Shown here one piece after another: positions 8,695 through 22,750 of a DNA stretch of 64,000 nt. Source of the DNA: Escherichia coli O157:H7 (GTDB taxonomy: Bacteria > Pseudomonadota > Gammaproteobacteria > Enterobacterales > Enterobacteriaceae); the NCBI RefSeq assembly GCF_013167455.1, contig NZ_CP038328.1. One strand, 5' to 3'. Every line of letters starts with the position of its first letter. Positions within the stretch are counted from its first letter, which is position 1. The translations under genes and the position numbers were made by a program. The notes beneath the pieces were generated by a model. That model had not been told where the DNA came from, made no database searches, and saw nothing but the letters and a program-made list of their open reading frames with translations.

Positions 8695-9714
8695 ATGTCG
8701 ATGATAAAAAGCTATGCCGCAAAAGAAGCGGGCGGCGAACTGGAAGTTTATGAGTACGATCCCGGTGAGCTGAGGCCACAAGATGTTGAAGTGCAGGTGG
8801 ATTATTGCGGGATCTGCCATTCCGATCTATCGATGATCGACAATGAATGGGGATTTTCACAATATCCGCTGGTTGCCGGGCATGAGGTGATTGGGCGCGT
8901 GGTGGCGCTCGGGAGCGCCGCGCAGGATAAAGGTTTGCAGGTCGGCCAGCGTGTCGGGATTGGCTGGACGGCGCGTAGCTGTGGTCACTGCGACGCCTGT
9001 ATTAGCGGTAATCAGATCAACTGCGAGCAAGGTGCTGTGCCGACGATTATGAATCGCGGTGGCTTTGCCGAGAAGTTGCGTGCGGACTGGCAATGGGTGA
9101 TTCCACTGCCAGAAAATATTGATATCGAGTCCGCCGGGCCGCTGTTGTGCGGCGGTATCACGGTCTTTAAACCACTGTTGATGCACCATATCACTGCTAC
9201 CAGCCGCGTTGGGGTAATTGGTATTGGCGGGCTGGGGCATATCGCTATAAAACTTCTGCACGCAATGGGATGCGAGGTGACGGCCTTTAGTTCTAATCCG
9301 GCGAAAGAGCAGGAAGTACTGGCGATGGGTGCCGATAAAGTGGTGAATAGCCGCGATCCGCAGGCACTGAAAGCCCTGTCGGGGCAGTTTGATCTCATTA
9401 TCAATACTGTGAACGTCAGCCTCGACTGGCAGCCTTATTTTGAGGCGCTGACCTATGGCGGTAATTTCCATACGGTCGGTGCGGTTCTCACGCCGTTGCC
9501 GGTTCCGGCCTTTACGCTGATTGCGGGCGATCGCAGTGTCTCTGGCTCTGCTACCGGTACACCTTATGAGTTGCGTAAGCTGATGCGCTTTGCCGCCCGC
9601 AGCAAGGTTGCGCCGACTACCGAATTGTTCCCGATGTCGAAAATTAACGATGCCATCAAGCATGTGCGCGACGGTAAGGCGCGTTACCGCGTGGTTCTGA
9701 AAGCTGACTTCTGA
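8695..9714 (+). CDS. ahr: NADPH-dependent aldehyde reductase (Zn-dependent alcohol dehydrogenase family)
   Basis: Translation [26 protein letters not shown]... with GHEVIG and CGxCxxC zinc motifs; ORF track start is 14 codons upstream. Confidence 0.9.
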   Translation: MSMIKSYAAKEAGGELEVYEYDPGELRPQDVEVQVDYCGICHSDLSMIDNEWGFSQYPLVAGHEVIGRVVALGSAAQDKGLQVGQRVGIGWTARSCGHCDACISGNQINCEQGAVPTIMNRGGFAEKLRADWQWVIPLPENIDIESAGPLLCGGITVFKPLLMHHITATSRVGVIGIGGLGHIAIKLLHAMGCEVTAFSSNPAKEQEVLAMGADKVVNSRDPQALKALSGQFDLIINTVNVSLDWQPYFEALTYGGNFHTVGAVLTPLPVPAFTLIAGDRSVSGSATGTPYELRKLMRFAARSKVAPTTELFPMSKINDAIKHVRDGKARYRVVLKADF

Positions 9715-9843
9715 TCTCTTTGCCGGGTGCCTGTCGCCCGGCACTTAAATCTCTTTGGAAGGCGTCTCGCAATCTGCTGAATTTAGCGGTGAAGAGTGCG
9801 CAGCCGTTGCCTATACTCCAGGCAGGAAACTGGAGGATATCTC

Positions 9844-11346
9844 ATGAGCGAACCCCTGTTAATTGCCCGCACGCCGGACACAGAACTATTTTTACTGCCG
9901 GGAATGGCTAACCGTCACGGGCTGATTACTGGCGCAACGGGGACGGGTAAAACTGTCACGCTGCAAAAACTGGCGGAGTCATTGTCGGAAATCGGCGTGC
10001 CGGTGTTTATGGCTGATGTGAAAGGCGATCTGACCGGTATCGCGCAGGCAGGAACGGCGTCGGAAAAACTGCTCGCAAGGCTTAAAAATATCGACGTCAA
10101 TGACTGGCAACCGCATGCTAATCCGGTGGTGGTGTGGGATATCTTTGGCGAGAAAGGCCATTCGGTACGGGCGACGGTTTCAGACCTGGGGCCACTGTTG
10201 CTGGCGCGGCTGTTGAATCTCAACGATGTGCAATCTGGCGTGCTGAATATCATCTTCCGCATTGCTGACGATCAGGGGCTGTTACTGCTCGACTTTAAAG
10301 ATCTGCGGGCGATTACCCAGTACATCGGCGATAACGCCAAATCTTTCCAGAATCAGTACGGAAATATCAGTAGCGCATCGGTTGGTGCCATCCAGCGCGG
10401 GCTGTTGTCGCTGGAACAGCAAGGCGCAGCACACTTCTTTGGTGAGCCGATGCTGGATATCAAAGACTGGATGCGCACCGATGCCAACGGTAAAGGCGTT
10501 ATCAATATCCTCAGCGCCGAGAAACTTTATCAGATGCCGAAACTGTACGCCGCCAGCCTGCTGTGGATGCTCTCAGAGTTGTATGAACAATTGCCGGAAG
10601 CGGGCGATCTGGAGAAACCAAAACTGGTGTTTTTCTTCGACGAAGCACATCTGCTGTTTAACGATGCACCGCAGGTACTGCTGGATAAGATTGAGCAGGT
10701 GATAAGGCTTATTCGCTCAAAAGGCGTGGGCGTCTGGTTCGTTTCGCAAAACCCGTCTGATATTCCGGATAATGTGCTCGGCCAGCTCGGTAATCGCGTT
10801 CAGCACGCTTTGCGGGCTTTTACGCCCAAAGATCAGAAAGCAGTAAAAGCTGCGGCGCAAACCATGCGGGCCAATCCGGCGTTTGATACCGAAAAGGCGA
10901 TTCAGGAACTGGGCACCGGCGAGGCGTTGATCTCTTTTCTGGATGCGAAAGGAAGCCCTTCTGTGGTGGAGCGTGCGATGGTGATCGCGCCTTGTTCGCG
11001 GATGGGGCCGGTGACGGAAGATGAGCGTAATGGCTTGATTAATCACTCTCCGGTGTATGGCAAATATGAGGATGAGGTGGACCGGGAATCCGCCTATGAG
11101 ATGTTGCAAAAAGGCTTTCAGGCCAGTACCGAGCAGCAAAATAATCCCCCCGCGAAAGGGAAAGAGGTAGCGGTGGATGACGGCATTCTTGGTGGATTGA
11201 AGGATATTTTGTTCGGCACTACCGGACCACGCGGCGGGAAGAAAGATGGTGTGGTGCAAACAATGGCCAAAAGCGCCGCTCGCCAAGTGACGAATCAGAT
11301 TGTACGCGGGATGTTGGGGAGTTTGCTGGGGGGGAGAAGAAGGTAA
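9844..11346 (+). CDS. yjgR: DUF853-family P-loop NTPase YjgR
   Basis: Translation [12 protein letters not shown]...GATGTGKT (Walker A); conserved position next to lptG. Confidence 0.85.
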   Translation: MSEPLLIARTPDTELFLLPGMANRHGLITGATGTGKTVTLQKLAESLSEIGVPVFMADVKGDLTGIAQAGTASEKLLARLKNIDVNDWQPHANPVVVWDIFGEKGHSVRATVSDLGPLLLARLLNLNDVQSGVLNIIFRIADDQGLLLLDFKDLRAITQYIGDNAKSFQNQYGNISSASVGAIQRGLLSLEQQGAAHFFGEPMLDIKDWMRTDANGKGVINILSAEKLYQMPKLYAASLLWMLSELYEQLPEAGDLEKPKLVFFFDEAHLLFNDAPQVLLDKIEQVIRLIRSKGVGVWFVSQNPSDIPDNVLGQLGNRVQHALRAFTPKDQKAVKAAAQTMRANPAFDTEKAIQELGTGEALISFLDAKGSPSVVERAMVIAPCSRMGPVTEDERNGLINHSPVYGKYEDEVDRESAYEMLQKGFQASTEQQNNPPAKGKEVAVDDGILGGLKDILFGTTGPRGGKKDGVVQTMAKSAARQVTNQIVRGMLGSLLGGRRR

Positions 11347-11470
11347 GTCAGGCGAGATTTGTCTTTGCCTGATGCGACGCTGGCGCGTCTTATCATGCCC
11401 ACCCCACTGCAATATATTGAATTTTAATTATTTTTCAGGAATGAACGAAGCACACTTTGCTAACAATAAT

Positions 11471-11492
11471 AAAGGGAGCTTTCGCTCCCTTT
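11471..11492. terminator. Probable bidirectional intrinsic terminator between convergent yjgR and lptG
   Basis: Hairpin AAAGGGAGC-TTTC-GCTCCCTTT flanked by A/T runs. Confidence 0.5.
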
Positions 11493-11506
11493 ATTCGTTC
11501 ATTCGG

Positions 11507-12589
11507 TTACGATTTTCTCATTAACAGCCACAGGCTGATTAAGAAGAAGCTGGCGCTTGGCAACAGTGCGCCGATGATCGGCGGGATGCCATAAACCAAC
11601 GTCAGCGGGCCGAAGATCTGGTCCAGTACGTAGAAGACAAAACCGAAACTGATACCGGTGACCACACGCACGCCCATCGGTACGCTACGCAGTGGGCCAA
11701 AGATGAACGACAGCGCCATCAGCATCATCACCGCCACGGATAGCGGCTGGAAGATTTTGCTCCACATGTTGAGCTGATAACGTCCGGCATCCTGACCGCT
11801 CGACTTCAGATACTTCACATAGTTGTGCAAACCGCTGATAGAGAGTGCATCCGGGTCCAGCGCCACCACGCCCAGTTTGTCCGGCGTGAGGTTGGTTTTC
11901 CAGGTGCCGCTCACCGTCTGCGAACCGGTAATCTGTTTCGGATTGGTCAGATCAGATTCATCAACCTGCGACAAACGCCAGACTTTATGTTCCGGGTCAA
12001 ACTTCGCAGTAGCGGCATAGCGTACGGATTGCAGACGACGATTCTCGTTAAAGGCATAAATGCTGATGCCACCTAACTCTTCGTCACCTTTAACCCGCTC
12101 AATGTAGACGAAGTTGTTGCCATCTTTCGCCCATAAGCCTTGCTGGGTAGAGAGCAACGAGCCGCCGTACATCGCCTGCGCACGGTAGTTACGCGCCATC
12201 TGCTCGCCCTGCGGCGCGACCCATTCGCCAATCGCCATCGTCAGCAAGACCAGCGGAATGGCGGTTTTCATCACCGACAGCGCCACCTGCATACGGGTAA
12301 AACCAGAAGCCTGCATCACCACCAGTTCGCTGCGCTGCGCCAGCATCCCAAGACCAAGCAACGCCCCAAGCAGAGCCGCCATCGGGAAGAATATTTGCAC
12401 ATCTTTCGGCACGCTCAGCAAGGTATACATTCCTGCGCCTAACGCGTCGTAACTCCCCTGCCCGGCTTTTTTCAACTGATCGACAAACTTGATAATGCCC
12501 GACAGCGACACCAGCATGAACAGCGTCATCATGATGGTGGTGAAAATAGTTTTACCGATATAGCGGTCAAGTACGCCAAAAGGTTGCAT
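11507..12589 (-). CDS. lptG: LPS export ABC transporter permease LptG
   Basis: Translation MQPFGVLDRYIGKTIF..., multi-pass membrane protein, paired with lptF. Confidence 0.9.
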   Translation of the reverse strand: MQPFGVLDRYIGKTIFTTIMMTLFMLVSLSGIIKFVDQLKKAGQGSYDALGAGMYTLLSVPKDVQIFFPMAALLGALLGLGMLAQRSELVVMQASGFTRMQVALSVMKTAIPLVLLTMAIGEWVAPQGEQMARNYRAQAMYGGSLLSTQQGLWAKDGNNFVYIERVKGDEELGGISIYAFNENRRLQSVRYAATAKFDPEHKVWRLSQVDESDLTNPKQITGSQTVSGTWKTNLTPDKLGVVALDPDALSISGLHNYVKYLKSSGQDAGRYQLNMWSKIFQPLSVAVMMLMALSFIFGPLRSVPMGVRVVTGISFGFVFYVLDQIFGPLTLVYGIPPIIGALLPSASFFLISLWLLMRKS

Positions 12590-13689
12590 CACACCGCTCC
12601 TTTACGCGAAAAACTGGCGCGCAGGCGGCGGACCGGCACGGTGTCCCAAAGGTTGAGAACAATCGCCAAAGCCAGATAAATCAGGTTAACGGTCCACATC
12701 CACAGCGTCGGGTCCAGCTTACCTTTACCGCCGTTCGATTTCAGGGAGGTCTGGATCAGGAAGAAAAGTAGATACAGCAGCATGGCTGGCAGCATCGACA
12801 GTACGCGTCCCTGACGTGGGTTAACCACGCTCAGCGGTACGACCATAAGTGCCATCATAAACACGGTGAATACCAACGTGATACGCCAGTTCAGTTCTGC
12901 GCGAGCACGATCGGTGTCAGTGTTCCACAATGTGCGCATGTCCATCTGGTCGGTATCGTTCGGGTCGAGCGCCACCGCCTGGTGACCAATGATCGCCTGA
13001 TAATCCTGGAAATCCGTAATGCGGAAATCACGTAACAGTGCAGTGCCTTCGAAGCGCGTTCCCTGGTTGAGAGTGACGACCTGGGAGCCGTCGCGCAGCT
13101 GGGTTAAATGTCCGGAATCGGCCACCACCACAGAAGGACGTGCATTACCTTTTGGTCGAATTTGCGCGAGGAACACATCTTTGAAATCGCTGCCGTCAAC
13201 GCTTTCGATGAACAGCACCGAACTGCCATTAGTCGCTTGCTGGAATTGCCCTTGCGCCAGCGCCGCCATGCCAGGGTTCGCTTTCGCTTCTGCTAACACT
13301 TCATCCTGATGACGCGATGACCACGGTCCCGCCCACATCACGTTAACCGCCGCGACGATTGCCGTGAATACCGCAAGGATCATTGCCGCTTTCACCAGAA
13401 CCGCTTTGCTCAGGCCGCAGGCATGCATTACCGTAATTTCACTTTCGGTATACAGTTTGCCCAGCGTCATCAGCAGCCCGAGGAACAGGCTTAATGGCAG
13501 GATAAGCTGCGCCATTTCCGGCACGCCCAACCCGAGAAGGGAGAGCACCAGATTCGCCGGAATATCGCCGTCAACCGCTGCGCCGAGGATCCTCACTAAC
13601 TTTTGACAGAAGAAGATCAAAAGCAAGATGAAGAGTATCGCCAGCTGGCTTTTGAGCGTCTCCCGCACCAGATATCTTATGATTATCAC
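12589..13689 (-). CDS. lptF: LPS export ABC transporter permease LptF
   Basis: Translation MIIIRYLVRETLKSQ...; overlaps lptG start. Confidence 0.9.
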   Translation of the reverse strand: MIIIRYLVRETLKSQLAILFILLLIFFCQKLVRILGAAVDGDIPANLVLSLLGLGVPEMAQLILPLSLFLGLLMTLGKLYTESEITVMHACGLSKAVLVKAAMILAVFTAIVAAVNVMWAGPWSSRHQDEVLAEAKANPGMAALAQGQFQQATNGSSVLFIESVDGSDFKDVFLAQIRPKGNARPSVVVADSGHLTQLRDGSQVVTLNQGTRFEGTALLRDFRITDFQDYQAIIGHQAVALDPNDTDQMDMRTLWNTDTDRARAELNWRITLVFTVFMMALMVVPLSVVNPRQGRVLSMLPAMLLYLLFFLIQTSLKSNGGKGKLDPTLWMWTVNLIYLALAIVLNLWDTVPVRRLRASFSRKGAV

Positions 13690-13952
13690 TTTAAATACGC
13701 CCGTAAAAACTCGTCTTTTGCAGGATTTTAGCTTGTTTCATGGCTTAAACGTCATTTATTCTCTTGAGTCGTCGAAATCGTCGCTAAGATAATTATACTC
13801 AACGGATTCACCTCTCAGATTTTGTTCTGACGTGCCAATGCCGTAATAACGTTAAGATTAACACGAAGTCATCGCAACAGCGGACATGAGTTACGAAAGC
13901 TTGCAATTCTATCTGTAGCCACCGCCGTTGTCTTTAAGATTCAGGAGCGTAG

Positions 13953-15467
<1,515 letters not shown>

Positions 15468-15469
15468 TT

Positions 15470-15795
<326 letters not shown>

Positions 15796-15820
15796 AAATC
15801 CACCACAAGAAGCCCCATAT

Positions 15821-16264
15821 ATGAAAAACGCGACGTTCTACCTTCTGGACAATGACACCACCGTCGATGGCTTAAGCGCCGTTGAGCAACTGGTGTGTGA
15901 AATTGCCGCAGAACGTTGGCGCAGCGGTAAGCGCGTGCTCATCGCCTGTGAAGATGAAAAGCAGGCTTACCGGCTGGATGAAGCCCTGTGGGCGCGTCCG
16001 GCAGAAAGCTTTGTTCCGCATAATTTAGCGGGAGAAGGACCGCGCGGCGGTGCGCCGGTGGAGATCGCCTGGCCGCAAAAACGCAGCAGCAGCCCGCGCG
16101 ATATATTGATTAGTCTGCGAACAAGCTTTGCAGATTTTGCCACCGCTTTCACAGAAGTGGTAGACTTCGTTCCTTATGAAGATTCTCTGAAACAACTGGC
16201 GCGCGAACGCTATAAAGCCTACCGCGTGGCTGGTTTCAACCTGAATACGGCAACCTGGAAATAA
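15821..16264 (+). CDS. holC: DNA polymerase III chi subunit
   Basis: 147-aa translation [13 protein letters not shown]...; stop overlaps valS start. Confidence 0.9.
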   Translation: MKNATFYLLDNDTTVDGLSAVEQLVCEIAAERWRSGKRVLIACEDEKQAYRLDEALWARPAESFVPHNLAGEGPRGGAPVEIAWPQKRSSSPRDILISLRTSFADFATAFTEVVDFVPYEDSLKQLARERYKAYRVAGFNLNTATWK

Positions 16265-19119
16265 TGGAAAAGACATATAACCCACAAGATATCGAACAGC
16301 CGCTTTACGAGCACTGGGAAAAGCAGGGCTACTTTAAGCCTAATGGCGATGAAAGCCAGAAAAGTTTCTGCATCATGATCCCGCCGCCGAACGTCACCGG
16401 CAGTTTGCATATGGGTCACGCCTTCCAGCAAACCATCATGGATACCATGATCCGCTATCAGCGCATGCAGGGCAAAAACACCCTGTGGCAGGTCGGTACT
16501 GACCACGCCGGGATCGCTACCCAGATGGTCGTTGAGCGCAAGATTGCCGCAGAAGAAGGTAAAACCCGTCACGACTACGGCCGCGAAGCTTTCATCGACA
16601 AAATCTGGGAATGGAAAGCGGAATCCGGCGGCACGATTACCCGTCAGATGCGCCGTCTCGGCAACTCCGTCGACTGGGAACGTGAACGCTTCACGATGGA
16701 CGAAGGCCTGTCCAATGCGGTGAAAGAAGTTTTCGTTCGTCTATATAAAGAAGACCTGATTTACCGTGGCAAACGCCTGGTAAACTGGGACCCGAAACTG
16801 CGCACCGCTATCTCTGACCTGGAAGTGGAAAACCGCGAATCGAAAGGTTCGATGTGGCACATCCGCTATCCGCTGGCTGACGGTGCGAAAACCGCAGACG
16901 GTAAAGATTATCTGGTGGTCGCGACTACCCGTCCGGAAACCCTGCTGGGCGATACTGGCGTAGCCGTTAACCCGGAAGATCCGCGTTACAAAGATCTGAT
17001 TGGCAAATATGTCATTCTGCCGCTGGTTAACCGTCGTATTCCGATCGTTGGCGACGAACACGCCGACATGGAAAAAGGCACCGGCTGCGTGAAAATCACT
17101 CCGGCGCACGACTTTAACGACTATGAAGTGGGTAAACGTCACGCGCTGCCGATGATCAACATCCTGACCTTTGACGGCGATATCCGTGAAAGCGCCCAGG
17201 TGTTCGATACCAAAGGTAACGAATCTGACGTTTATTCCAGCGAAATCCCGGCAGAGTTCCAGAAACTCGAGCGTTTTGCTGCACGTAAAGCGGTCGTTGC
17301 TGCGGTTGACGCACTCGGCCTGCTGGAAGAAATTAAACCGCACGACCTGACAGTTCCTTACGGCGACCGTGGCGGCGTAGTTATCGAACCAATGCTGACC
17401 GACCAGTGGTACGTACGTGCCGATGTACTGGCGAAGCCGGCAGTTGAAGCGGTTGAGAACGGCGACATTCAGTTCGTACCGAAGCAGTACGAAAACATGT
17501 ACTTCTCCTGGATGCGCGATATTCAGGACTGGTGTATCTCTCGTCAGCTGTGGTGGGGTCACCGTATCCCGGCATGGTACGACGAAGCGGGTAACGTTTA
17601 TGTTGGCCGCAACGAAGAAGAAGTGCGCAAGGAAAATAACCTCGGTGCCGACGTTGCCCTGCGTCAGGACGAAGACGTTCTCGACACCTGGTTCTCTTCT
17701 GCGCTGTGGACCTTCTCTACCCTAGGCTGGCCGGAAAACACCGACGCACTGCGCCAGTTCCACCCAACCAGCGTGATGGTATCTGGTTTCGACATCATCT
17801 TCTTCTGGATTGCCCGCATGATCATGATGACCATGCACTTCATCAAAGATGAAAATGGCAAACCGCAGGTGCCGTTCCACACCGTTTACATGACCGGTCT
17901 GATTCGTGACGACGAAGGCCAGAAGATGTCCAAATCCAAGGGTAACGTTATCGACCCGCTGGATATGGTTGACGGTATTTCGCTGCCAGAACTGCTGGAA
18001 AAACGTACCGGCAATATGATGCAGCCGCAGCTGGCGGACAAAATCCGTAAGCGCACCGAGAAGCAGTTCCCGAACGGTATTGAGCCGCACGGCACCGATG
18101 CCCTGCGCTTCACCCTGGCGGCACTGGCGTCTACCGGTCGTGACATCAACTGGGATATGAAGCGTCTGGAAGGCTACCGTAACTTCTGTAACAAGCTGTG
18201 GAACGCCAGCCGCTTTGTGCTGATGAACACGGAAGGTCAGGATTGCGGCTTCAACGGCGGCGAAATGACGCTGTCGCTGGCGGACCGCTGGATTCTGGCG
18301 GAGTTCAACCAGACCATCAAAGCGTACCGCGAAGCGCTGGACAGCTTCCGCTTCGATATCGCCGCAGGCATTCTGTATGAGTTTACCTGGAACCAGTTCT
18401 GTGACTGGTATCTCGAGCTGACCAAGCCGGTAATGAACGGTGGCACCGAAGCAGAACTGCGCGGTACTCGCCATACGCTGGTGACTGTACTGGAAGGTCT
18501 GCTGCGCCTCGCGCATCCGATCATTCCGTTCATCACCGAAACCATCTGGCAGCGTGTGAAAGTACTTTGCGGTATCACTGCCGACACCATCATGCTGCAG
18601 CCGTTCCCGCAGTACGATGCATCTCAGGTTGATGAAGCCGCACTGGCCGACACCGAATGGCTGAAACAGGCGATCGTTGCGGTACGTAACATCCGTGCAG
18701 AAATGAACATCGCGCCGGGCAAACCGCTGGAGCTGCTGCTGCGTGGTTGCAGCGCGGATGCAGAACGTCGCGTAAATGAAAACCGTGGCTTCCTGCAAAC
18801 CCTGGCGCGTCTGGAAAGCATCACCGTGCTGCCTGCCGATGACAAAGGTCCGGTTTCCGTTACGAAGATCATCGACGGCGCAGAGCTGCTGATCCCGATG
18901 GCTGGCCTCATCAACAAAGAAGATGAGCTGGCGCGTCTGGCGAAAGAAGTGGCGAAGATCGAAGGCGAAATCAGCCGTATCGAGAACAAGCTGGCGAATG
19001 AAGGCTTTGTCGCCCGCGCACCGGAAGCGGTCATCGCGAAAGAGCGTGAGAAGCTGGAAGGCTATGCGGAAGCGAAAGCGAAGCTGATTGAACAGCAGGC
19101 TGTTATCGCCGCGCTGTAA
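16264..19119 (+). CDS. valS: Valine--tRNA ligase
   Basis: 951-aa translation with HMGH and KMSKS class-I synthetase motifs. Confidence 0.95.
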   Translation: MEKTYNPQDIEQPLYEHWEKQGYFKPNGDESQKSFCIMIPPPNVTGSLHMGHAFQQTIMDTMIRYQRMQGKNTLWQVGTDHAGIATQMVVERKIAAEEGKTRHDYGREAFIDKIWEWKAESGGTITRQMRRLGNSVDWERERFTMDEGLSNAVKEVFVRLYKEDLIYRGKRLVNWDPKLRTAISDLEVENRESKGSMWHIRYPLADGAKTADGKDYLVVATTRPETLLGDTGVAVNPEDPRYKDLIGKYVILPLVNRRIPIVGDEHADMEKGTGCVKITPAHDFNDYEVGKRHALPMINILTFDGDIRESAQVFDTKGNESDVYSSEIPAEFQKLERFAARKAVVAAVDALGLLEEIKPHDLTVPYGDRGGVVIEPMLTDQWYVRADVLAKPAVEAVENGDIQFVPKQYENMYFSWMRDIQDWCISRQLWWGHRIPAWYDEAGNVYVGRNEEEVRKENNLGADVALRQDEDVLDTWFSSALWTFSTLGWPENTDALRQFHPTSVMVSGFDIIFFWIARMIMMTMHFIKDENGKPQVPFHTVYMTGLIRDDEGQKMSKSKGNVIDPLDMVDGISLPELLEKRTGNMMQPQLADKIRKRTEKQFPNGIEPHGTDALRFTLAALASTGRDINWDMKRLEGYRNFCNKLWNASRFVLMNTEGQDCGFNGGEMTLSLADRWILAEFNQTIKAYREALDSFRFDIAAGILYEFTWNQFCDWYLELTKPVMNGGTEAELRGTRHTLVTVLEGLLRLAHPIIPFITETIWQRVKVLCGITADTIMLQPFPQYDASQVDEAALADTEWLKQAIVAVRNIRAEMNIAPGKPLELLLRGCSADAERRVNENRGFLQTLARLESITVLPADDKGPVSVTKIIDGAELLIPMAGLINKEDELARLAKEVAKIEGEISRIENKLANEGFVARAPEAVIAKEREKLEGYAEAKAKLIEQQAVIAAL

Positions 19120-19141
19120 TCAAAACACAGTGATGAAAACG

Positions 19142-19168
19142 AAGGCCGGAGCATGCTCCGGCCTTTTT
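19142..19168. terminator. Intrinsic terminator after valS
   Basis: AAGGCCGGAGC-ATG-CTCCGGCCTTTTT hairpin plus T-run. Confidence 0.6.
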
Positions 19169-19173
19169 ATCTC

Positions 19174-20397
19174 TTACAGAAATGGTAAAGAAGGCATAAT
19201 TCCCCGTGAAATACTGGCTAAGAAGCCTTTATCTGGTTGTTCTTCTTTATTGATTAAAGGAAGGTCATCCAAATCGCCCAGCAAATACGTATTTTTTGCC
19301 TGCCAGTCAATCATCCATATTTTCAGCAGTGGATAAGCCAGACCGCCCGTAATCCCGGATATCACCACCAACGCACACATGCGATAAAGCATACCGTGGT
19401 ATGTTAAAGTTGAGCGAAAACGAATACGCCCATCATTCAGTGACAGGTTGCTCATAAAATGATTTCGCAACGACACCGTTAAATAACTGGTGCTAACAGC
19501 AATCCCAAAATAATAGATTAACTGCGCGATTATCATTTTACGTTGCATTTCCATAAATTGCTGTAAATTCTCAATATCATCATTTGCATACACAGAACTA
19601 TCATACGCATTTAATATTTGATCGAAGATAATATAACCAGCAACAGCGAGAAAAGGTAATAAAGCTAAAAATGCGAGGATGGCATATTTTATACAATACG
19701 CAGTATCTAATTTCACCTTGAAACGATGTATACCGAAACTGGTATTGCTCCAGAGAAAACTCATTACCAGGCTATATAAAGTACCATTAAAAATACCAAT
19801 GGAAACAATACCAACTATTGCCATCAGAACCACAGATACAATAACACTACTTGAACTATTGGCATGTAGCATCTTTGTCGAGATAAAGAAAACAGTCCCC
19901 ATCCCAATGGCCATTAAAATCGGCAAGAAAAAGGTTACCCACCAGACCCCTTTCATAGAGCAATTAAAACTAAATCTTACGCCGTTGAGACTGGTCATCA
20001 AGGCCTGATAACGCAGTCCTTTTGCTGCCATAAATATAAGCAAAACCAACAGTGACAAAGTCAAAACACAGCCAATAAGCGGCATATCTGCTGACACTGT
20101 CATTAAGATTGCGAAATAGAAAAAAACAAAAACAAGACAACTAAAAAAAACATTCCCACCAGTAATTCCATAAGAAAATCGTTGTCCGTTAACTTCCATA
20201 TTAGCATAGAGATAACGCTTACATTTCATTAATGCCCATGGTAAATAGATACCTAGCGTTATAATCGTTAACAACACATTCACCACACAAATAAGAAAAT
20301 ATCTCTCACCTGTACCATGAAAAACAAACGAATGGGACGGAACATCCATTTCATTAATAACTTGAGCCATAAAAATTCCCTGAATTAAAAAATCCAT
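19174..20397 (-). CDS. yjgN: DUF898-family inner-membrane protein YjgN
   Basis: Multi-pass hydrophobic translation with LTIITLGIYLPWA motif; start may be the internal Met 9 codons downstream. Confidence 0.75.
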   Translation of the reverse strand: MDFLIQGIFMAQVINEMDVPSHSFVFHGTGERYFLICVVNVLLTIITLGIYLPWALMKCKRYLYANMEVNGQRFSYGITGGNVFFSCLVFVFFYFAILMTVSADMPLIGCVLTLSLLVLLIFMAAKGLRYQALMTSLNGVRFSFNCSMKGVWWVTFFLPILMAIGMGTVFFISTKMLHANSSSSVIVSVVLMAIVGIVSIGIFNGTLYSLVMSFLWSNTSFGIHRFKVKLDTAYCIKYAILAFLALLPFLAVAGYIIFDQILNAYDSSVYANDDIENLQQFMEMQRKMIIAQLIYYFGIAVSTSYLTVSLRNHFMSNLSLNDGRIRFRSTLTYHGMLYRMCALVVISGITGGLAYPLLKIWMIDWQAKNTYLLGDLDDLPLINKEEQPDKGFLASISRGIMPSLPFL

Positions 20398-20562
20398 TGA
20401 TATAATTTATAGATACAGACAGTAAAATGTTCTGCCACGTTACAATACTCTTATCAGTAATAGGCTGGCAAAAACTTTATTGCTTTATAAGACGCTTGCG
20501 CACGTAAGAAGAGAGTGGTATTAAACAAATGTATAATTACTTTATTTTTATTGGGTTAAACT

Positions 20563-21066
20563 ATGAATAACATTGCGCCGCAATCACCTGTAATGCGTCG
20601 CCTGACGCTGCAGGATAATCCTGCTATCGCCCGCGTCATTCGTCAGGTATCCGCCGAATACGGTCTTACCGCTGATAAAGGCTACACCGTCGCCGATCCG
20701 AATCTTGACGAGCTGTATCAAGTGTATAGTCAGCCGGGTCATGCATATTGGGTGGTTGAGTACGAGGGTGAAGTGGTCGGCGGCGGTGGGATTGCGCCAT
20801 TAGCAGGTAGTGAATCGGACATTTGCGAACTGCAAAAGATGTATTTTCTTCCGGCTATTCGCGGCAAAGGGCTGGCAAAAAAACTGGCCTTAAAGGCGAT
20901 GGAGGAGGCAAGAGAAATGGGCTTCAAACGCTGCTATCTGGAAACGACCGCTTTTTTGAAAGAAGCGATTGGTTTGTATGAACATTTAGGTTTTCAACAT
21001 ATCGACTATGCACTTGGCTGCACGGGCCATGTTGATTGTGAAGTGCGGATGCTACGCGAACTCTAA
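20563..21066 (+). CDS. yjgM: GNAT-family N-acetyltransferase YjgM
   Basis: 167-aa translation with acetyl-CoA-binding-like segment (...[13 protein letters not shown]...). Confidence 0.8.
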   Translation: MNNIAPQSPVMRRLTLQDNPAIARVIRQVSAEYGLTADKGYTVADPNLDELYQVYSQPGHAYWVVEYEGEVVGGGGIAPLAGSESDICELQKMYFLPAIRGKGLAKKLALKAMEEAREMGFKRCYLETTAFLKEAIGLYEHLGFQHIDYALGCTGHVDCEVRMLREL

Positions 21067-21100
21067 AAAAATGCCCGCTAGTGTGTGCTATCGGGCATTT
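21065..21100. terminator. Bidirectional intrinsic terminator between yjgM and rraB
   Basis: AAAAAATGCCCG...CGGGCATTTT hairpin with flanking A and T runs. Confidence 0.5.
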
Positions 21101-21111
21101 TAATCAATTAA

Positions 21112-21528
21112 TTAGTGGCGAACCCCGTCATCGTCTTCATCGACAAAATCTTCATCGTCGCCGTCTTCGCCGTTGGGATCTTCAAAGTAAGTGCCCCAAC
21201 CGTCGTACTCAACGTCAAATTTCTCCGCCAGCGTCATCAGTTGTTCAACCTGGGCATCGATCAGATCGGCATTCAACGCGCACTCGCTGAGGATGTCGCA
21301 GCAAATCACGATATCACCATCTTCAACTTCCAGCTCTTCTGGATCGGTCACTTCGTAACCGAGTTTAAACGCTTCAACTGCTGCTTTTTCCAGGGTTTCC
21401 AGATCGTCTGCGGAAAGATGGTGTTCGATGGTGTACAGCGCGTCCGGATCGCTGCCATCTTCCAGTAATTCTTCAATAATCAAACGTGTTTCTTCACGCT
21501 GTTCTTCCAGTTGTTCCGGGTTTGCCAT
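21112..21528 (-). CDS. rraB: RNase E regulator RraB
   Basis: 138-aa acidic protein [32 protein letters not shown]... Confidence 0.9.
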
Positions 21529-21625
21529 GGCTCATTCCTCTTAATGTCCTGCCGATACTCATATTGTCACACACCACTGGCATTGCCTCCACCTTTGTGA
21601 CAAAGATTTATGCTTTAGACTTGCA

Positions 21626-21664
21626 AATGAATAATCATCCATATAAATTGAATTTTAATTCATT
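21626..21664. promoter_or_regulatory. Tandem ARG boxes (ArgR operators) in the argI promoter
   Basis: Two adjacent matches to the ARG box palindrome: AATGAATAATCATCCATAT and AATTGAATTTTAATTCATT, about 25-60 bp upstream of argI. Confidence 0.6.
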
Positions 21665-21689
21665 GAGACGTTAGCCACAGGAGGGATCT

Positions 21690-22694
21690 ATGTCCGGGTT
21701 TTATCATAAGCATTTCCTGAAATTACTCGATTTCACGCCAGCTGAACTCAACAGCCTGCTGCAGTTAGCCGCGAAGCTGAAAGCCGATAAGAAAAGCGGC
21801 AAAGAAGAAGCCAAACTCACTGGTAAAAACATCGCGCTCATCTTCGAAAAAGACTCGACCCGTACCCGATGCTCTTTCGAAGTTGCCGCATATGACCAGG
21901 GTGCTCGCGTTACTTATCTCGGCCCAAGCGGCAGTCAGATTGGTCATAAAGAGTCGATTAAAGACACTGCCCGCGTGCTGGGTCGCATGTATGACGGTAT
22001 TCAGTATCGCGGCTATGGTCAGGAGATTGTCGAAACACTGGCGGAATACGCTGGCGTGCCGGTATGGAACGGCCTGACCAATGAGTTTCACCCCACGCAG
22101 TTGCTGGCGGATCTCCTCACCATGCAGGAGCATTTACCCGGTAAACCATTCAACGAAATGACGCTGGTCTATGCAGGTGACGCACGTAACAACATGGGCA
22201 ATTCGATGCTCGAAGCTGCGGCGCTTACCGGTCTGGATTTGCGTCTGGTCGCGCCACAGGCATGCTGGCCGGAAGCTGCGCTGGTTACGGAATGCCGCGC
22301 CCTGGCACAACAAAATGGCGGGAATATTACGCTGACGGAAGATGTAGCTAAAGGCGTTGAAGGTGCTGACTTTATCTATACCGATGTATGGGTGTCGATG
22401 GGTGAAGCAAAAGAAAAATGGGCTGAACGCATTGCATTACTGCGTGATTATCAGGTGAACAGCAAGATGATGCAGTTGACCGGTAACCCGGAGGTCAAAT
22501 TCCTCCACTGCCTGCCCGCGTTCCATGATGACCAAACGACGCTTGGCAAGAAAATGGCGGAAGAGTTTGGCCTACATGGCGGAATGGAAGTGACTGATGA
22601 GGTCTTCGAATCTGCCGCCAGCATTGTTTTTGATCAGGCGGAAAACCGCATGCACACCATCAAAGCGGTGATGGTCGCGACACTCAGTAAATAA
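21690..22694 (+). CDS. argI: Ornithine carbamoyltransferase
   Basis: 334-aa translation with STRTR carbamoyl-phosphate motif and HCLP motif; argI rather than argF inferred from neighbourhood (rraB, yjgL). Confidence 0.9.
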   Translation: MSGFYHKHFLKLLDFTPAELNSLLQLAAKLKADKKSGKEEAKLTGKNIALIFEKDSTRTRCSFEVAAYDQGARVTYLGPSGSQIGHKESIKDTARVLGRMYDGIQYRGYGQEIVETLAEYAGVPVWNGLTNEFHPTQLLADLLTMQEHLPGKPFNEMTLVYAGDARNNMGNSMLEAAALTGLDLRLVAPQACWPEAALVTECRALAQQNGGNITLTEDVAKGVEGADFIYTDVWVSMGEAKEKWAERIALLRDYQVNSKMMQLTGNPEVKFLHCLPAFHDDQTTLGKKMAEEFGLHGGMEVTDEVFESAASIVFDQAENRMHTIKAVMVATLSK

Positions 22695-22750
22695 TTGATA
22701 TCGCTATAAAGATGCCGGGAAATACAGAAACATCCCGGCGTCAAATTATT

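Noticed and set aside
8414-8860. ORFs 8414..8620 (plus) and 8530..8820, 8627..8860 (minus) around leuX and the ahr promoter
   Set aside because: One overlaps the tRNA gene itself and the others are antisense to the ahr upstream region and start; no supporting signals.
16741-18798. Long ORFs on the minus strand inside valS (16741..17562, 17722..18798 and others)
   Set aside because: They lie entirely antisense within a well-supported, highly conserved coding gene and have low-complexity, arginine/valine-rich translations typical of antisense frames in GC-rich genes.
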